Shown here piece by piece: positions 13,875 to 26,681 of a DNA stretch of 64,000 nucleotides. The stretch lies in the NCBI RefSeq assembly GCF_018350175.1, contig NC_058369.1, forward strand, positions 13,952,001 through 14,016,000, read 5' to 3'. The notes below the pieces were generated by a model. The model had not been told where the DNA came from. It ran no database searches and was given only the letters and a program-made list of their open reading frames with translations. This stretch comes from Felis catus. Its lineage: Eukaryota. Made by a program: the position numbers and the translations under genes. Each line of letters begins with the position of its first letter. Positions within the stretch are counted from its first letter, which is position 1.

Positions 13875-14560
13875 AGGTTGCATGGTGTCCCCCAAACATA
13901 TGTCCAGGTTCTAACCCCTAGAATATGTGATGGAAAAAAGGTCTTTGAGGATGTGACTAAGTTGAGTATCTGGAGATGAGATCATCTGGAGTAGGGCGGG
14001 CCCTGAATCCAGTGACTTGTGTCCTTCTAAGAAGGCCACATGAGGACAGAGGCAGAGATTACAGTGATGCAGCCACAAGCCAAGAAACACCAAGGATGGC
14101 CAAGAGCCACCAATGTTTAAACCGAGATAAAATGCACCATTTTGAAGTGAACAGTTCAGTGGCATTTAGTATATTCACGATGGTGTTGTAGCCATGTCTG
14201 GCTAGTTACAGATTTTCTTCACTCCAAAAGGAAACCCCGTCACCATTAGTAGTCACTCCCCGCTCCCCCTACCTCTTCGCTCTTAGCCCCTGGCACCCAC
14301 TAATCTACTTTCTGTCCCTACGGATTTGCCTGTTCTGGACATTTCATATAAATGAATCATACACCGCGTGGCCTTTTGTGTCTGGCTTCTTTCACTCGGC
14401 ACGATGTTTTTGAGGCTTACCCGTGTTGTAACGTGAGTCAGTGCTTCCTTCCTTTTTATGGCCGAGTGATACTCCACTGTATGGACGGACCATGTTTTAT
14501 TTACCCCTTCGTTGTTGGGTTGCTTCTGCCTTTGGGCAGTTACGAATGGTTCTACAGTTT
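13875..14560. mobile_element. MLT1 LTR fragment (+, about 13875-14112) abutting an antisense L1MB-like 3' end (about 14118-14560)
   Basis: TGTCCAGGTTCTAACCCCTAGAA...GATGCAGCCACAAGCCAAG, then CTGGACATTTCATATAAATGAATCATAC. Confidence 0.72.
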
Positions 14561-15419
14561 ATACATTGGTTTCGTTCTGACGTTCAGTCTCCCCACATCT
14601 ATCCCTGTCTGCCCCAGTCCTCCTGCCTCAGGAGCCCCTGTGAGCCAGGAATGGATGCAAGAGGCCCCGGGAAGGGCAGGCATCCATCCTACCAAGGCCA
14701 GCAAGTGTAGAGCTCTACCCAGCTGTGGGGCCGTCTGGCCCCTGGGGACGTGTAGCGCCACCACACTGCAGTTTAAAGTGTCCGATGTTTGTGATGTGGC
14801 AGGTGCAGGGCAGCGTTCCCAGCAATAGGCTTGGTGCCGGCTGCACAGAGGACCTTGTGGGGAACCCTGGGGCATGTGCTTATCTGTTTGGTGTTTCCTG
14901 CCTTAGGGCCCTTTGGAGTTGGGGATGCCTAAAAGAGCTGTGAGCTCTGGATGGTCAGAGGGGCTCCTGAGGAGGAAGGAGGCGGGCCCAGATGGAGTGA
15001 GAGGGTTGCCACCTGGCCGCCATCCCCTCAGAACCCCTGGAAGGCAGGACGTGAGTCAGTGCATCAACAGTAATGACATCCAGCATCACCTGGAGGGAAG
15101 CACAGACAGGCCTCTGGCGGCATTCTCAGGGCCCCCTCGTCCACCACTTTGCAGGAGGAGCGTCTGAGATGACGAGGTAGTGACAGCTGTTAGGTCTTGG
15201 GCTGGGGTGGAGGTATGTTGTTTTTTGTGCTTGCTGGAATTCAGTTTCATTTTCACATGAAAAGAAAGAGGTAATGAGGTGCTCTCTGTGCTTGGGGGGG
15301 GGAGGGTGGGGAGAGTGGGTTTCCTGGTATGAGGTTGGGGTTCAGAGACCGCTCACTTGGCCTCAGCTTCTCCTGGGAAGGGGAGATGGTGGCATCTGTC
15401 CTGGCTCAGGGGAGCCGTG

Positions 15420-15775
15420 GTTTGCACGTCCTGGGCTTGCTGTGACAAGGACCAGAGACCGGAGTGGGGGTGGGGGGGAGGGAGGGGTGGGGACGTTGGG
15501 GCTTAAAACAGCAGGAGTTTATTCTCCCACCGTTCTGGAGGCCAGAAACCTGAAGTCAGGGTGTCAGCAGGGCCCTGCTGTCTCTGAAGGCTCTAGGGGA
15601 GGATCCTTCCTGGCCTCTCCAGCTCCTGGGGGCTCTGGTGTTCCTTGGCTTGTGACATGTGACCCCAGTCTCTACTTCCATCTCCACATGGCCTCGTCCC
15701 TGCGTGTCTCTTATAAGGACACTTGTCATTGGTTGAGTGCCCCCCCCCCCACAACACAGGAAGATTTCTTCATCC
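15420..15775 (-). mobile_element. MLT1 LTR fragment
   Basis: GGCTTAAAACAGCAGGAGTTTATTCTCCCACCGTTCTGGAGGCCAGAA...TCTTATAAGGACACTTGTCATTGG. Confidence 0.78.
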
Positions 15776-16859
15776 CATGATATCTGTGCCCTTTTTGGGG
15801 AGAGGGCTACCCAGAGCGTGGAGTGCCCCTCTGTCCTGACTACGCCAGGCAGATGTCTGTGAGCAGTTGTCCATATGTGAGATCACCCACCACTCCCTAG
15901 GCCCCTCAGCCTGAGTAGGGAGAACTTCCTCTCTAAACTCTGTGGGGCCTCTGCACCCCAAGTACCGCCTTCCCAGCTCCATCCAAGTGGCGTGTCCCTC
16001 CCCATGGTCTCTAGGGAGCCTTCTCCATTCTCACAGGACCCCTCACTGTCCAGATCATTGCAATGGCTTATTTTTGGGTTTGTGTCAGTCTCTGTCCTGG
16101 GGGGATAACATGGAGTGTTGGGCCCCACTTTGAACTCAAGTGCCTCTGTCACCCCTGTTATATGGTTCTCCACAGCCCTTCTTTTGTTCTGGAGAATTCC
16201 TTTCCTGTTACAGGGGGCATTTATGGGGCTGCTGGCTACCCTTCTCTCCCCGCCTTGCCCCCTGTACTTCAGTGTCCGGCCCCACTAGGGGATGTCCTGG
16301 GATGGGGGCGGCCCAGCCTTATCCTAGGTTTGCCTGTGCCCACGTGGACTGATCTCAGCAGAGGGCGCTTTCCCTACCATCCATCTCCCGCTCGGGGGTG
16401 CGTGTCCTCTGCACTTCTCCAGAGTAGAGGCTACGCCCTGGCTTGGCCCGATCCTGCAGCACAGTTTAGCTCCTTGCTCTGACGACTGATGATGCAGGAA
16501 CATCTTTGCGCATAAATCTGTTATTTGGACGATCTCCCTCAGGAGAGCTTCCCAGAAGTGGGATTACTGGGTCAGAGGGCAGGAACGTTGTTCAGGCTCC
16601 ATACAGACCCTGCCAAATGACTCCGCAGATGCTGCTGACCACCTGCCTGTCAAGATCCCAGTTGTTTCTGCTGTGGCTGATGTGTGCTGGGTGGATCCAT
16701 GTGCCACCTGGCTTCACCCCTCAGCTCTCAGGTGACAGTGGGAGAAACGGAGACTCAGGAGGGGAGAGTGCCACCTGGGGGGCCCAAGGGCTATGGGAGA
16801 AAGACTGGGGCTTGAGGTTTAAGGTGTGGCCATTGTGGGAGGTTCTTAGCATGGGACCT

Positions 16860-17297
16860 CTGTGGGTCCCCCCCCCCCCCGATTTATGTCCAGCCGGAAC
16901 CTGTGAATGAGACCTTTATGGAGATAGGATCTTTCAGATGTCATCAAGTCAGCATGAGGTCCTCCTGGAGTAGGATGGGCCCTAAATCCAGAGACTGGTG
17001 TCCTTACAAGAAGACAAAACAGGGACACACAGGCAGAAGGCCATGTGAAGATAGAGGTCAGGATTGGACTGGCGTGTCTATAAGCCCAGGAACACCGTGG
17101 GCTGCCGGCAGCCACCAGCAGCCAGATGAAAAAGGCCTGGGGCAGATTCTCCGTCAGAGCCTCCAGAAGGATCCAATCCTTCCCACACCTTGGTTTCAGT
17201 CATCTGGCCTCTGGAATGGTGCGGGAATAAATTCCTGTTGTTTTAAGCTCTTTGGTTTGTGGTCATTTATTATGGCAGCCCCGGAAAACTTGTACAG
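16860..17297 (+). mobile_element. MLT1 solo LTR
   Basis: GGAACCTGTGAATGAGACCTTTATGG...GAATAAATTCCTGTTGTTTTAAGC...TTATGGCAGCCCCGGAAAAC. Confidence 0.8.
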
Positions 17298-17429
17298 TGT
17301 CCAAGAGTGGGGGTGGATGGAGAGAGCCTCTGGGGTCAGGGTTTCTGCTCTTGGAGAAGCACCCCCTCCCCTGGTGCCCTGCCACCCACATTGTCCTGAC
17401 ACCCCTCTCTCTCCCCCCCGCCCCTCTGT

Positions 17430-17706
17430 TATTAGGCAAGGAACTTTATTAACCTTGTTCGAAACTTTATTCCCAGGCTTCTTCAGCTTAATTAGCTGTA
17501 CAGAATGAATTGTGGGTAAGCAAAACCCGGAAAGAGCTGCAGTGTCCAAGCGGTTTGGACTTAAAAATATCAGAGATCTAGATCTTATCAGCACCAGAAA
17601 GCAAGTAACAGTAGAACGTAGTCATAACTGGCAGCTCCAAGTAACTTATTTAAGCCTGATCTTCTTTAGAAGTTGACTTGATTGTGTTTGCCTCATTCTC
17701 GAAGCC
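17430..17706 (-). pseudogene. BTF3 processed-pseudogene fragment (last codons plus 3' UTR)
   Basis: The reverse complement reads GGCTTCGAGAATGAGGCAAAC...TGATAAGATCTAGATCTCTGATATTTTTAAG...TTGGACACTGCAGCTCTTT...GCTAATTAAGCTGAAGAAGCCTGGGAATAAAG...TTAATAAAGTTCCTTGCCTAATA. This is colinear with the recalled BTF3 mRNA 3' end (…ASKNEAN* and UTR). Confidence 0.8.
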
Positions 17707-18949
17707 CCTCTGGCCATGAGCCCTCTAGCCCTGTGACCTCCCCGGAGCCTCTTGCTGGGCCAGGGCCGGGCAGGCCCTGGGAGGCCGGGAGAGCTTCCAG
17801 AAGTCACAGGTGAAGCCAGCTGCTGTTGGCCCTTTGGACGGGGCCTTGATGTGTGCCAGGGTCGGCCGCCTGTCTCCGGAGATGCTGGCCAACAAGGAGC
17901 ATGCGCCGTTGTGCTGTGGGAACCTGGCGCTCAGACAGATGGGGTGTGGGGTGGCTCTCATGTGCTGGTCATCCTGTCCCCTGTGGGGCAGTCGGCCTCC
18001 TCTCCCGTGGACACCATGACGTGGAACCAGGGGGAACAGATAATCTGAAATGTAAAAAAGCCACCTCAGCAGTCCAGGGTCATCCATGGCCTCCACCAGA
18101 TGACGGCAGCAGGCAGCCTGCATGTGCAGTTGGCTCTGCTGGCCGCACTGGGCTTTGCTTTTGGGCCGTGTGTGGACCCCGCAAAGTACCACCCTGTCTC
18201 CCACTTGGGGCCCTCACGCCTCCCCTGGGCCTGCCTGGCCTCGTACAAGGCAGAGGTGGGTGAGTGGCACCGGAGCCTCCTGGCCTTCTGTGCCTTGCCC
18301 CCTGTGGGTCCGACACTGATGTGCCGCAGCCCTGCAGTCGGTATGTGGGTGAGGGGCTGCGGCGGGGGGCAAGTCGTGCTGCCCGGGCCCTGCTCGCTGG
18401 ATCCCACCCCAGCCCCGTAGGACGTGGTGCCCAGACACAGGCCAGAGGGAGGCATGTGTAGCCAGGGCTGAGCTCTGGTATTGGTCAGTTGCTCCACGTG
18501 GTGCGACCCCTAGGATCTCGGGGGGGTGGGGTTGGTGTGAGGTCACGATGAGTGCTCCCACGAGCCGACAGGGAGCTGTGTCTTGGGGATGGGCCCTTCT
18601 GCAGCTGCCACTGTGGTGAGCCACCCCTGCCTGGTGAGCCCACTGTGGTATCATCAGCCCCCGAGCCGCCAGCCGGGCATTCACCACCCCTTGTGCTGTC
18701 CTGGTCTGGGCTCCAGTGTCGCCCTCCCTGCCCCTCCGCAGTGACTTCCTCCTAGAGCTGACCTGACCTTGTCTCTTGTCCCTCTCTCCCTGGGCCTCCA
18801 CTTCTGCCCCTGCTGTTCCCTCTACCCGGACCCTTACTAGCTTGTTCTTTGAGGGTCCCCATGGTCGGTCCTCCCCAACTGTTTAATTTTAGGGTCCTCA
18901 CCTGCCGTGGGCTTGGCTCTGATTGGCCCTGCCTCCCCCGGAGCCCCAG

Positions 18950-19495
18950 TGGGTTAGTTTTCTGGGGCTGCCATAGCAAAGAACCACAAACTGGGAAGTT
19001 TCAAACGACAGAAGTTTATTCTCTCACGGTTCTGGAGTCTAGAAGTCAAGATCAAGGCGTGGGCAGGGTTGGATCCTCCTGGGGACCCCGGAGGGGAATC
19101 TGTCTCAGGCCTCTCTCCAGCTTCTGGTGGCTGCAGCAGTCCTTGGGGTTCCTTGGCCTGTGGCTGTGTCACCCCACTCTCCGCCTCCATCCTCATGTGG
19201 CCTTTTCCCTGTTTCTGTGTCCTCTTCTTTTTTCAAGACTTTTTGAAAAACTGATCTCCACACACAATGTGGGGCTTGAACTCACCACCCCGAGATCAAG
19301 AGTCGCACGCTCTACCGACTGAGCCAGCCAGGTGCCCCTCTGGTAGTATGATTTAAGGACCTCCTTAAATCCGGGGTGTCCTTATCTCAAGAGTCTTACC
19401 TGATTACATTTGCAAAAACTATTTCCAAACGAGATCACACTCTGAGGTCCCGGGTGGGTGTGAATTTTGGGGGCCACTGGTCAGCCCAGTACAGG
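18950..19495 (-). mobile_element. MLT1 solo LTR with a short tRNA-derived SINE (about 19240-19338)
   Basis: GAAGTTTATTCTCTCACGGTTCTGGAG...; SINE GAGATCAAGAGTCGCACGCTCTACCGACTGAGCCAGCCAGGTGCCCC. Confidence 0.78.
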
Positions 19496-20042
19496 GGCTG
19501 AGCTGATTCACCTTGGGCTGTTCCTGCTTTGTCACATTCCCTTGTAGCCGCCCGAGATGCTGTCCAGCACTGTCGTCCATCTGCCAGCCCGTGACCCTGG
19601 TGAGCAGGTGCATTATTTTGTATTTGGGCAACTGATTCTGGAAATGGTGCCCCGACTTTCCACCCATCGTGTCTTGGTAGCCCTGTAGCCCTGGAGGAGC
19701 ACACACTGCTTGTCACCCTCATCTCACTGACTCTTGGGCTCTCCAGGGCCAGGCCCCGAGAAGGTTTCTCCCCACAGGCCCCCCCACCCGGGACCCTTGG
19801 GGCTCCTGCTGGGTCATTCCTGGGGCCCCTGGGCTTTGCCTGGGACTGACTCGCTGTCGGTGGTGTTCCCAGAGGGCTCAGGCTGAGTTTTCCAGTTCCA
19901 GATAATAGCTCTCCCCAGTCACTTCCTGGAGGTAGGCACTCATCCCTGAGGTGCCCACAGAGACCTGACAAGCAGGACCCCAGCTGTCTGGGCAAGCCGG
20001 CCCGCCGGACAGACACAGGCAGGCAACATATCCATGAGAGGG

Positions 20043-20673
20043 TGCTGTGGACTGAATTGTGTCCCCTAAATTCACATTTATTAGAAGCCCTCATCTCCAG
20101 TGTGAGTGTGTGTGGAGATGGGGTCTGCAAGGAGGAAGTGACTAAGGTGAACTGGGGTCATAAGTGTGGGGTCCTGGGGCGCCTGGGTGGCGCAGTCGGT
20201 TAAGCGTCCGACTTCAGCCAGGTCACGATCTCACGGCCCGTGAGTTCGAGCCCCGCGTCGGGCTCTGGGCTGATGGCTCGGAGCCTGGAGCCTGTTTCCG
20301 ATGCTGTGTCTCCCTCTCTCTCTGCCCCTCCCCCGTTCGTGCTCTGTCTCTCTCTGTCCCAAAAATAAATAAATGTTGAAAAAAAAAATTAAAAAAAAAA
20401 AATAAATAAGTGTGGGGTCCTGATCTAATAGGACAGGCGTCCTTATGAGAAGCGGAAGAGAGAGTTCTCTCCACCCACACGCACCACAGGGAAAGGCCGC
20501 GTGAGGACACAGGGAGAAGGGGCGAAGGGGGCCTTCTGCAAGCCAGCAAGAGGGCTCTCACAGAGACGGCACCCTGATCTCGGACTCCTGGCCTCCAGAA
20601 CTGGAAGAAATAAGTGTCTTTTGTTTAAGCTGCCCAGTCTGTGGTATTTAGTTATGGTGGTCAGAGTTAATAC
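20043..20673 (+). mobile_element. MLT1 solo LTR (host of the young SINE)
   Basis: TGCTGTGGACTGAATTGTGTCCCC...GCCTCCAGAACTG...GTCTGTGGTATTTAGTTATGG...TAATACA, with TG...CA ends. Confidence 0.82.
20176..20405 (+). mobile_element. Young felid Can-SINE (SINEC_Fc-like), full length, with TSD
   Basis: GGGGCGCCTGGGTGGCGCAGTCGGTTAAGCGTCCGACTTCAGCCAGGTCACGATCTC head with CpGs intact, (CT)n tract, A-tail. Perfect 16-bp TSD ATAAGTGTGGGGTCCT at 20160-20175 and 20406-20421. Confidence 0.95.
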
Positions 20674-21574
20674 AGAGGGTTATTTTAGAAGTCGGGGGTC
20701 AAGGAGAGCTTCTTGGGGAAGCGATATTTGAGCTGAAACCTAAATGATGAGAAGGAGCTCCATGGAAGGTTCCAGAAAAGAATGAATTGGGTGCAAGGGT
20801 CCGGGGGCAGAAAGCAGGGGAGGGTCTTGTGGGCCACCCGTGGGAGGTTGAGATTTGCAGGAGAAAGACCCTGGCTTGTAACCGAGGCCCCTTCCTCTCG
20901 CTGGGTGACCTCGGGACAGGCCCGTTGTGCTTCCTTCAGTGTTTCAGTTCCCCCACTTGCAAAATGGAGGTGAAGCCGTGTCTCCCCGTCTCAGAGCGGT
21001 TGCAAGTCCCCACCCAGGTCTGGCTCGCGGCCGGCTGGCAGGGCCGGGGTCTCCTTCACAGGGAAAGAGGCCCCCGTGAGCCAGCTGTGCTGCGCGCAGG
21101 CCCCGAGAGACCCTTCGCACATCCCAGCCGGAACGTCTGTGCTCAACAACCGCCACCAACAAGGGAAGCAAGACGTGCTCACAGAGGACCCTCTGATTCA
21201 GCCAGGGTTGGGAATTTGGCAGCGGCCACAGAGCCTGATTAAAGGCATTCCGAGGCGCACTCGGTGTTTGTGTATCTGGGTCTGTATTTACACTTTGGGA
21301 ACGAGTGAGGAGGCAGCTGGGGAGTGTCTCAGTCGGCCAGGGGGCCGGGGGCAGGGGTGACTCAGCCTGGAATCCACGCTCGGCCACACGCCTGTGACGC
21401 TTTCATTCATTCCCTCATTCATTCAGCATTCCCTCCCGCGCCCAGCAGACGTTTGATGAGCAACTCCAGCGTACCAGCACGCTTCCGCGGGGCCAGCCTG
21501 GCACTCCTCGCTGCTGCAGAGCCCTCTCGGGCCGGCAGTGGGTGAGAGTGGGGCAGCAGCAGACTTACACGGGA

Positions 21575-21983
21575 ATTAACTCTCAGCGTACCAAAGACCT
21601 AAACGTAAGAACTGAGTCTCTAAAACTCCTAGAAGGGAGCATAGGTGTAAATAGTCCCGGACCTGGATAAGGTGATGGGTTTTTAGACAGGACACTGAAA
21701 GTATAAGCCACAAAAGAAAAATAGACCAATTGGATTCTGTCAACATTAAAAATGTTTGTGTGTCAGAAGACCACGAGGAAAGTAACAAGTCAACCCACAG
21801 AATGGGAGGAAATATTTGCAAACCACGTAGCCAATGAGAGATTAATATCCAGGATATATATAGAACTCTTGGAACTCAACAAGAAAAAGACAGACAGCCT
21901 AGTTTTGTTTTGTTTTGTTTTGTTTTGTTTTGTTTAATGCTTATTTATTTACTTTGAGAGAGATAGAACATGAGCGAGGGAGG

Positions 21984-22033
<50 letters not shown>

Positions 22034-23112
22034 CCCAAGCAGGCTCCACACTGTCAGCGCAGAGCCTGGCATTGGGCTCGAACCCATGAGTCTTGAGATC
22101 ATGACCTGAGCCAAGATCAAGAGTCGGATGCTTAACTGACTGAGCCACCCAGGCACCCCAACAGCCCGGTTTTAAAATGGGCAAAAGACTCAAATAGACG
22201 TTTCTGCAAAGGTGATACACAGATGGCCAGTAAGTGCATGCAAAGTTCCACACCGTTAGTCATCGGGGAAATGCAAATCAAAGCCAGTACAAGAGACCAC
22301 CTCACACTCATCAGGTGGAGAAATGGAAGTCTTGACCACTACTGGTGGGAATGTAAAATGGTGCAGTGGACAAGGCTGGCAGTTCCTGAACGAGATAGGT
22401 ACAGAACTACCATGTGACCCGGGCACTCCACTCCTAGCTATATACCTGGAGACTCGAATACAGGGATTCAAATAGACGCTTGTACTCGCCTTCAATTCGC
22501 ACCAGCGCCAGTCAACAATCACCAAAGGGCAGAAATGACCCAAATGTCCTTCGACAGCTGAACCGGTGGGCGGAATGGGGCCCATCTGTATCACGGACTC
22601 TAACTCGGCCACAAAAATGAACGGAGCACTGACACGTGCCACAACATGGATAAACCTTAGAAACACTGGGCTGAGTGAGGGCGTCTGGCTGGCTCAGCCA
22701 GCGGAGTGAGTGACTCTTGATCTTGGGGTTATGAGTTTGAGCTCCACGTTGGGTGTGACATTATTTTTTAAAAAACAAAACAAAAACAAAAACAATGTTG
22801 TGCTAAGTGAAAGAAGCCAGTCACAAAAAGCCACGTTATGTGATTCCACTTATGTGAAACGTCCAGAACAGGCAAATCCGTAGAGACTGAAGGCGGGTTG
22901 GTGGTTGCCACGGGGTGGGGGAGGGAGAGGAGGAGAGGGAATGACAGGCAACGGGATGGAGCCTCCTTTCGGGGCGATGGGAGTGTTCTGGACCTAGATG
23001 GACGTGATGGTTGCGTACGACCTCATGTATAACATATAACTGTGTGCCACTGAATCGTACGTGTTAAAATGGTTTATTTTACGTTATAGTAATTTTACTT
23101 CGATAAAAAAGT
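21575..23112 (+). mobile_element. Sense L1MB-like 3' fragment with nested SINEs (antisense about 21902-22159; short sense about 22678-22795)
   Basis: AAAACTCCTAGAAG, CCCACAGAATGGGAGGAAATATTTGCAAACC, GAAATGCAAATCAAA, AAGTGAAAGAAGCCAGTCACAAAAAGCCAC; (GTTTT)n and (AG)n in the SINE. Confidence 0.85.
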
Positions 23113-24527
23113 TCAGGAAGACAGAAAAAGCAGTCGTGGGCCTTCTTGGTTTGGCACCTGTGCGTGCACAGCTGTCTCCCTCAGAACCCCAGGTTTCCGG
23201 TCCTTTCCAGAGAGGGCTGGGGAGGCGTGGGGAGCCGTGGGAGAGATGGTGTGTCCCATGGACATGTGACATGAGTGGTCACGCTGCTGGTCTCTCAGTG
23301 GCCACAGGGCAGGGGCTGAGAGTCCTTGGTTGGAGCGAGCGGCCCTTGGTTCTTCTTTCCCCGGGGTGACTCTGCCTGGGGTGTTCGGAGTCCATCCTCT
23401 GTGGCCTCAATGAGGTGTCCACAGCACCCGTCACTTGAAATCGTCTGTGCAGCGTCGGGGCCCAGGTTGATGAGTGGAGCCTGGGAGGGGCTGTCTGCCC
23501 TCCCCAAATCCACTGCCTCGTGCCTGAGCTGAGACTGGGGAGCCTCTTGGGGTCAGGCCTTGGAAGGAACCTGGAGGGACGTAGCCACACAGACTGGGGT
23601 GTGCACACGTGTCAGGGAGCCGTGACCCCAGAAAACCCACTGGCAGCTCCACGTGACTCAGAATCACATCCTTTCAGGGGTCCTCGGGGGCTCCGTCCAC
23701 ATGCCACCATGGCTGTTGGGAGAACCTGCCAAAACTCTGGTCCCTTCGTCTCAGGGAGCATCCCCTACAGGTGGCCCATTCAGGGGCCTTTCTGCTGTTG
23801 GCAGCCTTCTGAAGGCTCCACCAGGGGAGGATTGAGGTGCAGGACTTTGGGCCAGGTGCGTGTACCTCCTGGGGTCTTGCTCTGTGCTCTGGTCCCCGAA
23901 GTGTCTTGCACCCGAGAAGGCGTTCACTCGCTACCTTCCTCGCGTGGGTGGTTCCTTGCCTGCGCACTTGGGCAGCTGGCCCTTCTCCCTTGGGCCTCAG
24001 CTTCCCTGAGAGGGGGCAGGTACTCCCCGTGTGGATGCAGGAGAAAAATCATCCCTGCCTGGGACTCTGAGTGCATCCACCAACTGTTTCTATACTCACA
24101 TGTTCATCCAGACAGCAGGTTCCTCATGTGGATACCAAGCTCCTCCATTGTGCCAGGGTCCTTTGGGGTTGACGGTCTGACGAGAGGAGACCGGCAGTGC
24201 TCGATCGGGAGGTTTTGGACAGTGAACTGTGGAGGAGGTGATCCCCGTGGAGGTGGAGCTGAGGTGGGTAGTGTTGGGCGGACCCAGTGGACGAGGAAGT
24301 GCCACTGCAAACAGCCTGAGGCATCGTCCTACTTGGCTGGTGGCGAGCAGAGGGCCAGACTGTGCAGGCCTTTTTTTGGTGAGAAGGGGAAACTAAGGTC
24401 TGCTCAGAGCACACAGCTCCTCCCTGGCCCTCGGCAGTATGGCCCCCAAGCCTGCTTGGCTTTGCAGGAGGACAGAGCTCAGCCTTCAGCATGCCCGCTC
24501 CCCTTAATCTCATTAGAAGGCCAGCCT

Positions 24528-24541
24528 GTTGCCATGGCAAT
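24528..24541. promoter_or_regulatory. RFX X-box motif
   Basis: GTTGCCATGGCAAT, a 13/14 match to the palindromic consensus GTTGCCATGGCAAC, in non-repetitive intron 1 sequence. Confidence 0.5.
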
Positions 24542-25337
24542 TGCTGGGAGGGGTGGTGGGTGGGGGGAGCCAAGGCCAGCTTCATCTAGAGAGGACGGGA
24601 GGGGCTGGCAGGTAGGGGTGCATCTGCATCGTCTGCAGGGCCCTGGAGGCCTGGGGGCTGCCCTGGAGAAGTGTCTGTGTTTGTCATGGCACACCTTCCC
24701 AGGGCTCCTGGCCGCCCCCGTTCCCCAGCTTTGTGGCTTCCACTCTGCCAGGGTTGAGGGGAGGCGTCCGGCAGGGGTGTGGGCATGGACGGAGGTGGGG
24801 GATGTGCGCGGTGCCCGAGGATCAGCAAGATGGGGCTGGGAGAGGCTGGAGAAGCCACCATTTACATAGGGCTCTGCACAGGGAATGGGTGTCAGTGTGG
24901 GAGAGAGGGGAGAGGACTTTGTGTGGGCTAGTGGAGTGAGGTGTCCCAGGCCCGGGCTGTATCAGGAGGTGGGGGTGCCCTGCCTGGAAACGAGGGGCCC
25001 TGGGCTGAGGCAGGACCCAAAGGGGCTTTTTACAGAGAAATTTGTGCTGGATCCCACCTTGACGGAGTCAGTGTGTGGACTTGCGATTCATGCTCTGACT
25101 GGAAGCTTCGAGGAGCTGGTGTGCTCTCATCCACGATGCCACGTGGCCTCTGACACTCCGTGGTGCCAGCCACCTGCTGGTCTGCAGGGTCATGCAGGGG
25201 TTAAGTTCCAGGAGTAGAGTCTGTGCCCTCCTCAGTCGCCTCCAAGCTGGGTGACCTCGGACAGTCCCGTTGCCTGCCAAGCCTCACTTTTCACATCCGG
25301 AAAGTGGAGTGTGCTGGTGCTCCCCTCAGAGGACTTG

Positions 25338-25995
25338 TCTTAGGGCTGAATTGCGTCCCCCCAAAAGGTGTGTCTGTGTGTTTATCCCAGAACCTGGGAA
25401 TGTGACCTTATTGGTAGGAGGGTCTTTGCAGATGCAATTAAGGGACTCAAAATGAAATCATTTTTTTTAATGTTTATTTATTTTTTTGGGGGGGGCATGC
25501 AAGCAAGCAGGGGAGGGGCAGAGAGGGAGAGAGAGAATCCCAAGCAGGCTCTACGCTGTCAGGGCAGAGCCAGATGTGGGGCTCGATCCCATGACCATGA
25601 GATCATGACCTGAGCCAAAGTCAAGAGTCCAACGCTTTACCGAATGAGTCACCCAGGCACCCTGAGATCATTCTTGATTAGGGTGGGGCCTGAATCTGGT
25701 GACAGATGTTAGAGAAAGGAGAGGGAGATTTGAGGCAGACACAGGGGGAGGCCACATGGGGACAAAGGCAGAGACCGAAGGAATGTGTGGCCACAAGCAC
25801 AGGAACAACAGAGCCACCAGGGCCTGGGACAGACTCTCCCTTAGAGCCTCAAGAAGAAACCAACCCTGCCCACCCCTTGACTTTGCACTTCTACCCCCTA
25901 AACTGTGAGACGGTAAATTCCTATTGTTCTAAGCTACCCTGTTTCAAGCCACCTTGTTTGTGGTCAGTTGTTATGGTAGCCCCGGGACACGGAAG
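25338..25995 (+). mobile_element. MLT1 solo LTR with nested antisense Can-SINE (about 25460-25662)
   Basis: GGGCTGAATTGCGTCCCCCCAAAA...GAATGTGACCTTATTGG...GTTGTTATGGTAGCCC. Confidence 0.8.
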
Positions 25996-26681
25996 GTAGG
26001 ACTCGTGTGATAGCAAGTGTGCTGAGACTTGGGAAGGGCTCTGTGCCCATGAGGGGGGCTCGGGGACCCCTGGGGTGCCATCTGAAATGCTTGGAGTGGG
26101 AAGATGCTGAGCACAAGATAGCCGAGGTCTGCACTGTGCTTCCTGGCCATCCATCGTGGCCCTGCTGGCCTCAGCCCTGAGATACCTCTGACCCCAGGGC
26201 CTGATGCTGCTTGGTCAGTTGGTTCAAACCTGAGAGCAAGAGGGTTTGAGAGGCCTGGTCTTGGAATATTGTTCTGGAAGGACCAGTGATGGTGGGAGGT
26301 GAGGCAGACATGTGGCAGTACTTACTGGAGGTCCAGCATGACTACACAGAGGCCTGGCACTGGACACAGTGTGACCAGCAGACCATGAGTCTTGGGTACC
26401 TGCTGTCTGGTGGAGACCAGAGGGAGTGGTGGACAGGGTCAAGGGCATTTCCAATACAGCAAACACTATTAGATGAATTGGGAGGCTTTACATGAGTGGG
26501 GTCTGGGTCATCCATGGGTGCTGCCCCACTGTCACTTTCTTAATTTTGCCCCAGTAAGGCAGGAGGATGGCTTTTAGGGAAAGCTGGGTGAGGGATGTTG
26601 GGGAACTGTGTATCATCTTTGCAGGTTTTCTGTAAATCTAAAACTTCTACAATGAAAACTTTATTAAAAACAACAAAAACA

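Noticed and set aside
19255..19338. tRNA gene
   Set aside because: tRNA-derived short carnivore SINE head rather than an intact cloverleaf.
23520..24869. 449-aa ORF, the longest in the track
   Set aside because: Non-ATG start, Gly/Arg/Pro/Trp-rich composition typical of random GC-rich DNA, no recognisable domain, and intronic to CRTC1.
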